A stretch of DNA of 63,486 nt, the filler included, from Octopus bimaculoides (taxonomy: Eukaryota), in the NCBI RefSeq assembly GCF_001194135.2. It is 7 parts of 7 records of this genome, joined end to end, with 100 filler letters (N's around TTAATTAATTAA, not from the genome) between each part and the next. Parts side by side here need not be neighbours in the genome. Positions count along the whole stretch, not along the records: positions 19,137 to 27,342 come from NC_068987.1; positions 27,443 to 44,016 come from NC_069005.1; 5 more parts are not named here. One strand, written 5' to 3'. Position numbers and translations under genes: made by a program. A model generated the notes under the pieces. That model did not search any database, was not told where the DNA came from, and saw nothing but the letters and a program-made list of their open reading frames with translations. Positions 23,640 through 37,380 of this stretch are shown piece by piece; position 1 is the stretch's first letter, and every line of letters starts with the position of its first letter.

Positions 23640-23665
23640 TGTTGTTGTTGTGTAGATGCAGCAGC

Positions 23666-23701
<36 letters not shown>
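23560..23701. repeat. Compound (TAG)n/(TTG)n/(TAT)n microsatellite; the (TAA)n part abuts the LINE 3' end
   Basis: Directly visible. Confidence 0.95.
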
Positions 23702-26700
23702 TTTGATATACGCACAATAGATTAGACTGTTGGAATATAACAAAGATCCTAACATCGGCCTATAACGAGTAAACTTAGATGCCAAGAACCCTCCAAAGTA
23801 TCCTAGCTCTCCCTTATAACACTGTTTTCTGAAGCTGTTCTAAACTGGGTTTCATGCCTCTTTCCTCTACCCATCTGTTCAGATCATTAGCGATACTTCT
23901 TAATGCACCTATAACTAGTGGGATACATTTTACCCCTATTTTCCAGTTTCTGGTACTGGCATTTTGCTATTTTTTATCGCTCATATTGATGTTTCCATCA
24001 TTTGTGTCTGTAAAGTCAATTATCTCGTACTTTCTATTTTCTTTATCTACTCTTTCTAAATCAGACATTCTAGCCTCTATTACACTGTCAGTCTGAACGT
24101 TAAAGTCCTACAGCATCTTGTATTTTTTTTAGTTTCTAGTACATTACTAGGTACATGTTCATACCATTTATCAGTATGTTCAAATCTTAGCTTTCTACAT
24201 AGCTCCCAGTGGATCACTCTCCATAGGTTGTCATCTGTTTTCTTGTATTCTTTCTTTGCCAACACGCTATATTCACTTACTATATGTGTAACGCTTTCCT
24301 ATTTTATTTGCATAACTTATTCTGGTAAACTACTTGGTTTTTGCCTACCTTGGCTTTTAATCCAGTTAGACCTTAATGCTTGATCTTGTGCAGATAATAA
24401 CAAACTTTCTGTCTCCAGCTTTCCTTTCTGCAACCATAGCCATGTCTCACTACTACTATTTGCTGAAAATATCTTTAGGAATCTACCATGCAACGCCTTC
24501 TGCCAGTCATATAATTTCTGTTTTTTTTTTTTTTATTTTGGTTTTTAACTTCATTTGGGGTTTTCGTGTCCCGATGTCTCGCTGTGACTCTACCAGACTT
24601 TAATAAACTTTCTTCACTATTAATTACATAGAAATCTATATCTGCTCTAGCTAACTCTAGGCAGGCTTCAAATGATGTTAACCCTCTTCCGCCTTCCTTT
24701 CTAGGTAAGCATAATCTTGCTATTCCTGCTCTTAGGTGGAGTGCTCCATTCATATTGAATTGCTTTCTAGTTCTTTCTAGATTAGCTAATTCAGTCTTCG
24801 TCCAGTCTACAAAAGCTGCTTAGTAATTAATCAATGATGCTGCCCAATTATTTTCAGCCTTTACTAGATTCGGACCATTTAGATTTCATGTCATTAGTTT
24901 CCTCACCTTTCTGATGTGCTTCCTCTCAGTTTTCATTTTCTTCCTCTCAATTTTCAGTATTATAGTTAGTAATCTGTCAGATTATAATACTTCTAAATAC
25001 TCATAAAGCTCTCCTCATTTCAATGATTTTAAAGTCTTGGCATCCGGTAATTGGATGCCTTCACCGTTGTCTGCCTGAACCATTTTCATGGCTAATATAG
25101 CACATTTATTTATGCCACATACCATATCTATATCTTTGCTGAAGAGTCTTAGTCTGTATTAAGGAACCCAGGTCTTTTTCATTCTTACTAAAAAGCTTTT
25201 GATCATCCACGTAGAGCAAATGGTTAAATTTTCCCTTACTATTTCGAAACTGGTACGTGCCATTTGCCTTCCTTAATACTAAACTGAGATGGATCAAGTG
25301 TAAGACAAAAATTAAGGGGGACAACGAGTCCCTCGGGGTATTTCTCTTTTAATATTAACTTTCCCCAAAAGTGTGTCACCTAAGTAGAGATCTACTTTCC
25401 ATTTCTTCATGCTAAAGCTAATTAATCCCCTTATGTTGTCTGCTATACTGAATATACTCAGACATTCACTTATCCATGAGTGTAGAATCATGTCATAGGC
25501 TTTCCTCTAATCTATCGACACCATTGTTAGAGTTTTCTTTTTTAGCTTTTACTACATTTAGAACTGATTTTGTCTATAAATAATAGACCTTGCAGTCTTG
25601 TAGCCTCCTTTCTGCAACTTTGTTCTTTTGACAGGAAATTCTGGCTGTCAAAGAGTTCGTAAATGCTTTCTGAAATCATTCCTTTTAACAGCCTCCACAC
25701 AAATGGCAATCAGGTGATTGGTATATTGTTGCTAGCTGTATTGTCCTTGGTCTTATCTTTCATAATGGGTATTGTCCTGCGTCTACTCATCCAATCTCGT
25801 ATTATTCCTCCATTAAATCTATCCTGAAGTTGTATCCGCAGCCTCCCATGTAAACTTCCAAATTTCGTTATCCAGTACCCTTGAACTAAATCTGGTCCTG
25901 GGCCCCTCCAATTTGGCATTTTACGTAACACTTTACTCAATAATGCACTAGTTAGTCTTAGATCAGATTGCTTCTCACTCATTACTTCTTCCATCAATTT
26001 CTTTAACCATATTGCATCTCTATTACGATTGATTTGCTTATCCCAAATATTACTCCAGAACTTTCTCGCTTCTTCTGCATTAGGTTTCGCATCTTCTGTA
26101 CTGCGTTTTCCGCTATTTATTTGCTTATAAAATCTCCTCTGGTCTGTCACAAATAGCCTATTCTGTTGATACTGATCTATTCTTTTCTGATATCTGGAGA
26201 GTTTGCCTGCTACAGCTATGATACACGGTTTCAACTCTTTTATTACTGTCCCAAATCCTTTGTCTTTAACCATCAAATGAGGATTTGCATCTTGTGTTTC
26301 CTAACTTATTCAGCTTCAAAGCTTCTATTGTATTCAGATCTTGTCTAAAAGTCTTCACTATATTTCGTAGTGTCCTTTTCATAGTTGCGCTTTTTTAATC
26401 GTTCATTATTAGACATCTAACGACTGCTGTCCCTCATGCACAAATCAATAAGTTAGTGTCTCCTGCATTTTTTATTATTTATACTACTGACAACAGAATG
26501 TATTTTCCTAGTTATTTCTAACAGCTTCTTTTTGCCTTTTAATTCTAGCAATCTTTTTCTTATTTCCTCATTGTTTCCTGCAAATCATCTGAAGTCTTCT
26601 TATCTTTCTCACTTAAATCACTAACGTCTCTGGTGTCAGTTGTCCCTTCCTTATTGGTAGCGCTATTATTACTGTTTTCCTTTGTGTTCTTATTTGCTTT

Positions 26701-26880
26701 GAACTGTATCTCTCATTATATTGCTTGTCTTACTTCCTGGTCCTTCTTTTTCAGTTCTCTTATGATCGCTTCTACCCCCCAGTTCTGTCATCCACTTTTT
26801 TCTCCTTAGAGTTATCTTCTTATCTCTGCTGAGTCACTTTACACATGCACTTCTCTAACCAAAGTGTTATGATCCGTTTT
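23702..26880 (-). mobile_element. R4/Dong-clade non-LTR retrotransposon (RT + restriction-like endonuclease), near full length but decayed
   Basis: YQQNRLF..DQRRFY, FWSNIW, PNWRGPGPDLVQGYW, PITCLP, SPLIFVL, NHLLYVDD, GALHLRAGIARLCLPRKEGGRGL, IHWELC, KWYEHVP, EARMSDL..VDKENRK..IID (PD..D-like), IPLVIGAL, LQKTVL.GRARIL; short 3' UTR then (TAA)n. Confidence 0.92.
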
Positions 26881-26907
26881 CTATTGCCCGTTTTTATCTT
26901 TTCTATT

Positions 26908-27076
26908 ATAGGCGCAAGGCCTGAAATTTTGGTGCAAGGTGCAAGTCGATTATATTGACCCCACTAGTCAACTGGTACTTTATTTAGAGGAAATTTGAAC
27001 TCAGAACGTAGCAGCAGACGAAATACAGCGAAGCATTCCACCTGCGTGCTAACGAATCTGCCAGCTCACCGCCTTC
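26908..27076 (-). mobile_element. SINE family B with internal deletion
   Basis: Reverse complement of the family B head (aaggcggtgagctggcagattcgttagcacg). Confidence 0.8.
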
Positions 27077-27154
27077 CTTACTCAAGTATCTGTTTATGAT
27101 GTATTACGATGGCAGCTGTGCACAGTCTGCAGCTTTGCTGGACCATTGCCGAGG

Positions 27155-27201
<47 letters not shown>

Positions 27202-27203
27202 GA

Positions 27204-27273
<70 letters not shown>

Positions 27274-27287
27274 GATTGTTATTATTA

Positions 27288-27342
<55 letters not shown>
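27155..27342. repeat. (ATT)n microsatellite
   Basis: Directly visible; runs into an assembly spacer. Confidence 0.97.
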
Positions 27343-27442
27343 NNNNNNNNNNNNNNNNNNNNNNNNNNNNNNNNNNNNNNNNNNNNTTAATTAATTAANN
27401 NNNNNNNNNNNNNNNNNNNNNNNNNNNNNNNNNNNNNNNNNN

Positions 27443-27517
<75 letters not shown>

Positions 27518-27815
27518 CACACACTCACACATAAGCATGCAAACTCGTTCATAACAATTTACTGTCGGCAAAATTTGACATGTGTCATCTGATAATCAAT
27601 TACCCAGAATGCATTTCTATGAAATAAGAACAGAAACACTAGTTTGAAACACACACAAATATATATATATATGTATGTATTATGTATGTGTGTATCATGT
27701 GTGTGTGTCTGTGTGTATATACATACGCGTATATATATATATATATGTATACATATGTATGAATATATGTATATATATACATATATAAACATACTATACA
27801 TATATTCACAAAATG

Positions 27816-27868
<53 letters not shown>

Positions 27869-27870
27869 TC

Positions 27871-27924
27871 GGCCATTTTGTCACCTGCTGATTAGGCTGA
27901 CATCTTTTCTGTTGCTATGGAAAC
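27871..27924. promoter_or_regulatory. Candidate RFX X-box (GTTGCTATGGAAAC, 27911-27924) with a YY1-like GGCCATTTTG (27871-27880)
   Basis: Motif match to established consensus only; no transcript evidence. Confidence 0.3.
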
Positions 27925-28097
27925 AGCTACCTTCAGGTATAAACACACACACACATCTACCTATATACATTCATATATAAATAAATGAATAAATGTATGC
28001 ATAAAGAGAGAGAGAATGGGGAGAGAGAGAATGAGAGTGAGATAGAAAAATCGACATAAATGGATGGAGAGAAACATTGTTGTTTAAAAAGACAGAC

Positions 28098-28142
<45 letters not shown>

Positions 28143-28149
28143 GAGATAG

Positions 28150-28218
<69 letters not shown>

Positions 28219-28590
28219 TAGATAGATAAATAAATAAATAGATATGTCTATACTTTTGCCTCTATAAATTACAATGCAATACTTCAAGAGAACGACTGTT
28301 CCATTACTTTAAGTTTTATGCCGACATAGGCAATCATCAAATTGATTCTGAGCAAATATATGCTTCCAGGTGACGTTGCTTTAATCGCCTTCGCTTCAGT
28401 TGGAAGCACATTGTTAACATCCTGTTAGTTTGAGTGTAATGCAATATCGAATAAAAACATTCGGTTGCACGCAAGACAATCGTAGATAAACTTAGTCTAA
28501 TATTGTGTTTCATGAACGTGATGCATCCACTATTTTATTCCTTTATAAACTGTGAATTTCATGAATCTTCGAATGAACCGAATGAGAACA

Positions 28591-28626
<36 letters not shown>

Positions 28627-28629
28627 TTT

Positions 28630-28770
28630 TTTAAAAAAACGAGAAAAATACCAGTAGAAAAAAAAACAACAAGGTGAGGACGTGGTATATGCAAAGTGTT
28701 AATAAGACGCTCAGAGAAGGAAAGAGTGGTTGTTTTATATTTCGAGCAAAGCTCTTCTTCGGAAACGAGA
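28630..28770 (-). mobile_element. PLE pLTR-like repeat with a minimal hammerhead-like motif (28732-28766)
   Basis: Minus strand gttt-ccgaaga-a-gagc ttt gctc-gaaa-t-ata-aaac; downstream ...ctgagcgtc.tattaa... similar to the other copies. Confidence 0.6.
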
Positions 28771-29219
28771 GACATAGAAAAATCAAAAAGAAAAAGAAGA
28801 AGGAGTTAAAAAATTGCCAACAGTTCACGTGTAGTTACATTCATTACTGAAACATAATTGCCTGTGTGGCAGTTTTATATTTTGAGGCAAACCATTTGAT
28901 ATTAAATTACAGAAACATAATTGCAAAGTTGTTAGATTTAATTAGTGATTAAGAAGTTGTGCATAAAGTCTCTTACGGTTGTTTCTAGAGTGGCTGTGTA
29001 TAAGATGCAAATCACTTTAAGCAAAGATTTCCATATGAAAGCCAGCTATATCCTTTTCAGAGAGGAAGAACGAAGGAATATAGTTAATAAACGATATTAG
29101 TAGCCACCAGTTCCATCGACTCTGCAATTATGTTTGAATTTTAAATTTCATGCTCCAAAGAGATACAACATGTCTTGCCTACTCATTCTTTCTTTATAAC
29201 ACACACACACACACACATC

Positions 29220-29288
<69 letters not shown>

Positions 29289-30156
29289 CCGCTCAATGAT
29301 GAACTACTTATAGCCGTCCATTGCTAGAAAGCTACAACACCAATTTTGTTTTAGTCACAGTTCAAGTCGGATATTTAGTGGTAAACCAACCTGGGCACTT
29401 ATTGTATATACCTATTACACGACATTCATGAAACACCGTTTTATCTGTGCTCTTCAAATGTATACAAGTGCGAGCGCACACACACATATGTACGTATATA
29501 TTAAAGTACGTGTATATGCACTCTTAAATATATTTATGTATTTGTGTGTTGGAAGTGGGGTATGTGATCGAAGCCACTGAATATATTACAATAAATTCTA
29601 ATATTGCACATAATGGTAATGAAGTGTGAACTACCATCAAATTGGAGCTATGCAGTAAATATCTTATCATGGATTAATATACTGAGTGCGAAGAAAATGG
29701 GAAAGCGTATGAACATCCACCTCACTTTAATTAAGAACTGTCACCAGGTTGTAATTTATCAAAAGTAATTTATTTAAAGGCTTTCGGTTTATAAATGGCT
29801 CAGGTTCATAAGTGGCATATATTTACTTAAGTTCACGAGAGTATATAAGACTGACATTTCTTTGTAACACATTTCCTACAAGATTTTCTTCTCTAAATAT
29901 ATATAATACATATTGATCCATATTTTCCAAATATACGTTCTTGCAACATCCATATATATCTCGAACGATTTTAGAAATATAAACTGCTATGGCTTTTATA
30001 TTGCTGTAACTTCCGTTCTGTTACACAAATGTAATCTTCCGTTACAATTTTATGGTTACAATCTGGAAAAAACTTTAACTGAAGAAATTTATTTCGAACT
30101 TCCATTTAAATGATTTTACTAAAAATATAAATATTCGGGTTTGCATATATATGTAT

Positions 30157-30365
30157 CCTTTGCTTGTTCCGGTCATTCGGCTGCAGCCATGATGGGGTTC
30201 AGCCTTGAAGGGTTTTAGTCGAACAATTTGTTCCCAGGACTTATTTTTTAAAGCCTAGTACTTATTCTGTCGGTCGCTTTTTGCCGACTCTTTAGATTAC
30301 GAGGATGTAAATATACCAATACCGGTTCCCAAGCAGTGGTGGGAGACTAACAGATACAAAGACAC
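30157..30365 (+). mobile_element. SINE-like family D
   Basis: gtcatt..gctgcagccatg...ccttgaagggttttagtcgaac...ccaggacttatt shared with 50355, 62052 and 63085. Confidence 0.8.
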
Positions 30366-30418
30366 GCACACACATAGATAGTTACATATATATACATACA
30401 CACACACACACACACACA

Positions 30419-30449
<31 letters not shown>

Positions 30450-30454
30450 ATGTT

Positions 30455-30493
<39 letters not shown>

Positions 30494-30914
30494 GTACGTA
30501 TGTATGTATATATCAGGGGAAAATATATGTTTAGTGTTGCTTATTTTATGTGTTATGTCTTTATTTTCAAGACATTTTCGCTTAATCCGTTCTTATGCAT
30601 TATTATGTTAACGCTTTAACCCTAAATATTTCATTAGACCTGGCTGAGCTCTTTGGTAGAGCTTTGCACAAAGAAAATATTTTCCCTTTATTTGCGAGAT
30701 ACTTATGTATATAATACGTGTGTGTGTGTGAGAGTATGCGCCAGTGTATGAATACAAACATTTATATTGATATATGTGTGTGAATGCATGCGTTTGTCTG
30801 AATGTAAGCATGCGTATGTGATGTATATGTGTGCTGGAACGGTGTTTGGAGGTAGTGGTGGTGGTGATGGTGGTGGTGGAGATGGTGGTGATGTTAGCGT
30901 TGGTGGAGACTTAC

Positions 30915-31139
30915 AAATGTTACAACAACAGCAACAACAATAACAACAACAACTTCAAGAACATTTGTCATATGAATCATTGTTCCTTTTCTATTTGAAT
31001 GTCGAAAACATTCATGTATTATTGACACAACTGCACAAGACAAAGTAAACACAAAGAAACGAAAGAGAAGAGAAACAAATTTCAACAAAGCAGACGACAC
31101 TAAAGATATTTAACGACGCCATTTTGTTCGTTTATGGCG
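30915..31139 (-). promoter_or_regulatory. Possible 5' non-coding first exon with YY1-type CAAAATGGCG and a GTAAGT donor
   Basis: Non-repetitive patch; minus-strand caaaatggcgtcg at 31126-31114; consensus donor TTT|GTAAGT after 30915. Confidence 0.3.
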
Positions 31140-31292
31140 ACAATAAATAGTTCAGTTTTGGTAATTGTTGTTTAGAAAAGAAGCTATTCATATCATATCT
31201 GTCGCGTTTATCAAAATATTGTCACTTGTCATAACGGGATTCTGCATCAACCAGTGCTGATGTTTGCACACACAAACACATCTTGCTTTCCG

Positions 31293-31352
<60 letters not shown>

Positions 31353-31875
31353 TTTGTGTGTGTGTAGCGATTTTCATTCCCTGCTTTAAATTCCTCTCAT
31401 TTTGTGATCGATTATTGGGAAACAGAGATTTCAGGTCTGTCACTATTCTTTCTGTCTCTTTCTTTCTTTCTCTCTCTCTCTCTCTCTCTCACCTACTCTC
31501 TCTCACTTTCTCTCTCTCTCTCTATCTATCTATTTGTCTATCTCTATCTATCTATGTTTCTTTCATTGCATACATCTGTGTATGTATGTATGTATTTGTG
31601 TTACGTCTACACATACAAACCCAAACATCCCATTAAGCAAACACACATAACAATATACAAGCATAAACACTCACTCACGGACACAGAGAGCCACATACAT
31701 ATCTCACTTCATAGAAAACATTTCCTTGTTGAGGCTTGATTGATGATGATTGGCGAAAGCTCCCCTTTTCTCTCCCCTCCCCTCTCTCTCTCTCTCTCTC
31801 TCTCCTTTTCTACTTTCTGTCCCTCACTATCTCTCTCTCTCACGCGTATATCTTTATTTGCGAATGCACACACAC

Positions 31876-31949
<74 letters not shown>

Positions 31950-34900
31950 GTTTAGCTCTTATAAATAGCTTTGTTTCATATTTATCAATCCTAATAGGAG
32001 TTATTAAATCATATCTGCTATTTGTAAGTGTTTCTCTCTTCAATAGATCTTTCATCTTTTTACTTTATGCATTAAATAATCTTACAATGAGTGTATACAC
32101 CTCAGATTGTATATGTGTGTGTGCGTGTGTTCATGCGTGTTTGTATAACCAAATAGAATGAAATATGATCTTAATCCAAATGACGCCAATTGCCTCAGTT
32201 TGACAGTGAAGCAATTCAAACTCAGCTCTCATTAACATACTTATACTTTCAGAAGTATACAGACAAAATTCGATACAACATCTGTTATATCTGGTATTTA
32301 CAAACTAGAAACTTCCGTACAACATTTCCCATGGTCTTTTAAATGCCATTAATTGTTACCAGTAATCACCTTCATTCTTGATGCTAGAATACTTATTCGG
32401 TTGCATTGATTATCGTTCAAGTCATGGTTTTGAATGTAACTTCCTTCCGCCGTCCTTCAAATTTCCGCAGTCATCAAACGATGGTGTTCTTCCCACTAAA
32501 AGTAAAACATTGATCTTCAAAGTGGGTCCTGTAAAAACTGTCCCGGTTTGTGTAAGATAAGGAGACTTTTTTTCTAGAATTTAATAAGCATTTATCAAAA
32601 TATCCGGTTTCAAAATACTGTTATGTTATTATGTTTTATACATACATACATACATACATACATACATACATACATACATCCATATCAGTGAATGTAGAAA
32701 ATCATGGGTGAACAGAGAACGGGTAGAGAGGAATATAAGGCTATGAGTTTCATACCATAGTAGTTTACGATATTCCTTTCTTTATAAAGGTTTTCGGTGA
32801 GACAATAAATTAGGGAAGCAATGGGCTCGGAACCATTAACAGAAAATGTGTTTCGGTGCTAAAAGTATTTAGCTGTGATCATTTATGTCAATGTGTCCCT
32901 CGGCCAATAACTATCGGAAAGATCGATGGAGAGATTTGGTCAGTTGGACAATTGTCTGTTACATAAGACTGCTTGAGCAGATCTGACCGGTCGGGGATAT
33001 AATCAGCTACAACAACAACAACAACGTGTGTATAGTGCAGTAACAACAACAACAACGACAATGCCTGTACAGAACAACAGCAACAACTACAATAACAGAA
33101 CGGCATCTCGACCAGGCAATATCAATGACAATGGCTGCAATATAATAAATATTAATTTTCTCTGCCCAAACATTTTAAAATTCTCAGTCGGCCGCACATT
33201 GATGCGAGGCGAACGTCGGTTGGTGTTCGTGTCAGCGCATTAAATAAGTGTTGAGTAGATAAAACTGTGAAGAAGAGAGAGAAGACGTGAGAGGTGGGAG
33301 AGGGAGAGAGAGAGAGAGAGAGAGGGAGAGAAGAAGAGAGGCAAGAAGGAAAAAGAGTGGAAGGTACAAATGCACAAGAGAAGACACTTAGGTATATATA
33401 TATATATATATATGTGTGTGGGGGGGGGATGTATACATACATACATACATATCTATGCGTGCACACATTCATATATATTTTTTATTTATTTATCCATTTA
33501 TATATACATACATACATACACGCACACACACACACACACACATATATATANNNNNNNNNNNNNNNNNNNNNNNNNNNNNNNNNNNNNNNNNNNNNNNNNN
33601 NNNNNNNNNNNNNNNNNNNNNNNNNNNNNNNNNNNNNNNNNNNNNNNNNNNNNNNNNNNNNNNNNNNNNNNNNNNNNNNNNNNNNNNNNNNNNNNNNNNN
33701 NNNNNNNNNNNNNNNNNNNNNNNNNNNNNNNNNNNNNNNNNNNNNNNNNNNNNNNNNNNNNNNNNNNNNNNNNNNNNNNNNNNNNNNNNNNNNNNNNNNN
33801 ATATATATATGTATATTTATATATATATATATATATATTGTATGTATTGTATATATGTATGTAAATACTAATGTATATATAAATATGAGGTTCACACATG
33901 GCCACGTGTACCTGGTAGCCATCCATTTGATGTACATCGCTGTCCATTGTTGTTGCTATTGTTCTTGTTGTTGTATGTTGACATATGACTGACCCTTCCA
34001 CCTCTCCCCTTCCCAACTCTTCGCCATCTTGGTCTCTTCTTCTTTTATATTCCTCTCCCCTACTCCCTCCTCTCCCTCCCATCAAAGATAACAATATTCA
34101 CACCAACTCTGTAAACATATTTACCCACAATGCAATTCGCCCTGTCAACTCGCTCTGATATGAAACTATTAATATAATCTATGTCCCAGCACACACACAC
34201 GCACACACACACACTCACACACACACACGCACACACACACACACACACACAAATATATGTATACACACACATACACATACACACACACTCACATGCATAC
34301 ACAAACACACACACATACATACACTCACACAAGCACAAATACACACACAAACTCACTCATACTCACACACACACACACANNNNNNNNNNNNNNNNNNNNN
34401 NNNNNNNNNNNNNNNNNNNNNNNNNNNNNNNNNNNNNNNNNNNNNNNNNNNNNNNNNNNNNNNNNNNNNNNNNNNNNNNNNNNNNNNNNNNNNNNNNNNN
34501 NNNNNNNNNNNNNNNNNNNNNNNNNNNNNNNNNNNNNNNNNNNNNNNNNNNNNNNNNNNNNNNNNNNNNNNNNNNNNNNNNNNNNNNNNNNNNNNNNNNN
34601 NNNNNNNNNNNNNNNNNNNNNNNNNNNNNNNNNNNNNNNNNNNNNNNNNNNNNNNNNNNNNNNNNNNNNNNNNNNNNNNNNNNNNNNNNNNNNNNNNNNN
34701 NNNNNNNNNNNNNNNNNNNNNNNNNNNNNNNNNNNNNNNNNNNNNNNNNNNNNNNNNNNNNNNNNNNNNNNNNNNNNNNNNNNNNNNNNNNNNNNNNNNN
34801 NNNNNNNNNNNNNNNNNNNNNNNNNNNNNNNNNNNNNNNNNNNNNNNNNNNNNNNNNNNNNNNNNNNNNNNNNNNNNNNNNNNNNNNNNNCGGTGGTGGC

Positions 34901-35689
34901 GGTGGGTGCGGTGTTGACAACGGCGGTGGTGGAGGTGGTGGTGGTGGTGGTGGTACCGGGAGAGGCTTCGGTGGGGAAGGCGAGGGAGACGGTGGTGGTA
35001 GTGGTGGTTATAGTGATGGTGATAGTCGTGTTGGTGATGGTTACTATGATGATGCAACTGAAAAAAACCGCATTATTTATGGGATGACCCAACATACATA
35101 CATACGTACATACATACATACATACATACATACTTACATACATACATACATACTTACATAAGTTAATGTTTTAACCTACCATGAAATGTTTCTGAGGAGT
35201 AGTTTGTTCGTTATGGTACAGCACAAATATATATACATTTAGTTATATATACATTTATTTATATATGTGTGCAACGAATGATGGAACGTCAATTATGTAC
35301 CTAACATTGATTACGAAACAAGTGTCAACTAAGGGAATAAACATCTACATCTCTCACTCCACTTCTGGGCAATTTTTATACAAACTCTCCTTCGTTGCGA
35401 TTTCTAGGTTTTCAAAACAAAGTTGAGTTTACATCCTAGCCTTGACCACGGTCTTTCTTGATAGCCATGCACCAAGCAAAGATCTTACTGTGAGCTCTGT
35501 TTAATTCTTTGTATCCTTAGTTTTATTTTGAGTGGGTGTGTGTACGTACGTACGTACGTACGTACATGCGCACGGATGTATGTATGCATGTATTATGTAT
35601 GTATGTATGTATGTATGTAGGTAGCTAGGTAGGTAGGTAGGTATTCATGATTCTATGTTATATGAAATATATTATATGACTGAACGAGC

Positions 35690-35723
<34 letters not shown>

Positions 35724-37045
35724 ATATTTACATATGTATAAATATATATATACTCACACACATATGCCTGGATATAGACTAGTGGATGCATATGTGTATG
35801 CGAGTGTGCTTGTATTTATGTGTGTGTGTATATATTATTCGGCGCGTTCGTAATCAATGTCGAGCATTCCTCCCGGTAACACTATAAAGCCGCTACAATA
35901 TATATTCTTTAAATATACTATAAATTATACACCCTGTAGCAATAATAAATGGAAAAGAGGAAGGGAGGGAGGGAGGGCTGGGGAATTTCTAGGGGTTTTT
36001 TGCTTCCTACATCTCATCTTGTGTCCCCCACCGTCACTAAACACCACCACCTCCACCACCTTCACCTCTAACACCACCACAACCCAGACCGACACTCTGT
36101 CAGCACAACTACCACNNNNNNNNNNNNNNNNNNNNNNNNNNNNNNNNNNNNNNNNNNNNNNNNNNNNNNNNNNNNNNNNNNNNNNNNNNNNNNNNNNNNN
36201 NNNNNNNNNNNNNNNNNNNNNNNNNNNNNNNNNNNNNNNNNNNNNNNNNNNNNNNNNNNNNNNNNNNNNNNNNNNNNNNNNNNNNNNNNNNNNNNNNNNN
36301 NNNNNNNNNNNNNNNNNNNNNNNNNNNNNNNNNNNNNNNNNNNNNNNNNNNNNNNNNNNNNNNNNNNNNNNNNNNNNNNNNNNNNNNNNNNNNNNNNNNN
36401 NNNNNNNNNNNNNNNNNNNNNNNNNNNNNNNNNNNNNNNNNNNNNNNNNNNNNNNNNNNNNNNNNNNNNNNNNNNNNNNNNNNNNNNNNNNNNNNNNNNN
36501 NNNNNNNNNNNNNNNNNNNNNNNNNNNNNNNNNNNNNNNNNNNNNNNNNNNNNNNNNNNNNNNNNNNNNNNNNNNNNNNNNNNNNNNNNNNNNNNNNNNN
36601 NNNNNNNNNNNNNNNNNNNNNNNNNNNNNNNNNNNNNNNNNNNNNNNNNNNNNNNNNNNNNNNNNNNNNNNNNNNNNNNNNNNNNNNNNNNNNNNNNNNN
36701 NNNNNNNNNNNNNNNNNNNNNNNNNNNNNNNNNNNNNNNNNNNNNNNNNNNNNNNNNNNNNNNNNNNNNNNNNNNNNNNNNNNNNNNNNNNNNNNNNNNN
36801 NNNNNNNNNNNNNNNNNNNNNNNNNNNNNNNNNNNNNNNNNNNNNNNNNNNNNNNNNTATATGTATGTATGTATGTAGAATATAGTATGTATAGTAATGT
36901 GAAAAACATCTTAGCAAATCGGTCGCTTGATAAAAATGAAATGAATTGATGTCTCGAGCCATAATGTAGTAAAAGATATTTATTGGTGGTTGAAACATAA
37001 GGACACCAGATAAAATAGCATGGCATGCATATTAACATGAATGTA

Positions 37046-37092
<47 letters not shown>

Positions 37093-37308
37093 ACATTTTC
37101 TCACTTGTAATGCCTTCCCTGTATGTTGCAAAAATGTAAATCTTTTCCTGCAGAATAAATTGCACTTCACATTCGAGACTCTGATGCTATTCAGGTACTC
37201 AACTAAAAGTCCACTGCATCCTATCGCAGAAACAGCTTTAAGCTAATGAAGTTCACACTATAACCATTGTTTTTCTTGTGTCATCTTTTTTCTTACACAT
37301 ATGTATAT

Positions 37309-37380
37309 AGGCGCAGGCGTGGATATGAGGTAAGTAGCTTGCTTCCCAACCTCATGGTTCCGGATTCAGTCTCACTTCGG
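37309..37380 (+). mobile_element. SINE family A, 5' half only
   Basis: ggcgcaggcgtgg...gcttgcttcccaacc..atggttccggattcagtctcact. Confidence 0.75.

Noticed and set aside
34891-35060. Gly/Thr/His-rich ORFs
   Set aside because: (GGT)n/(GAT)n low-complexity tract next to a gap; open in several frames, so not evidence of coding.
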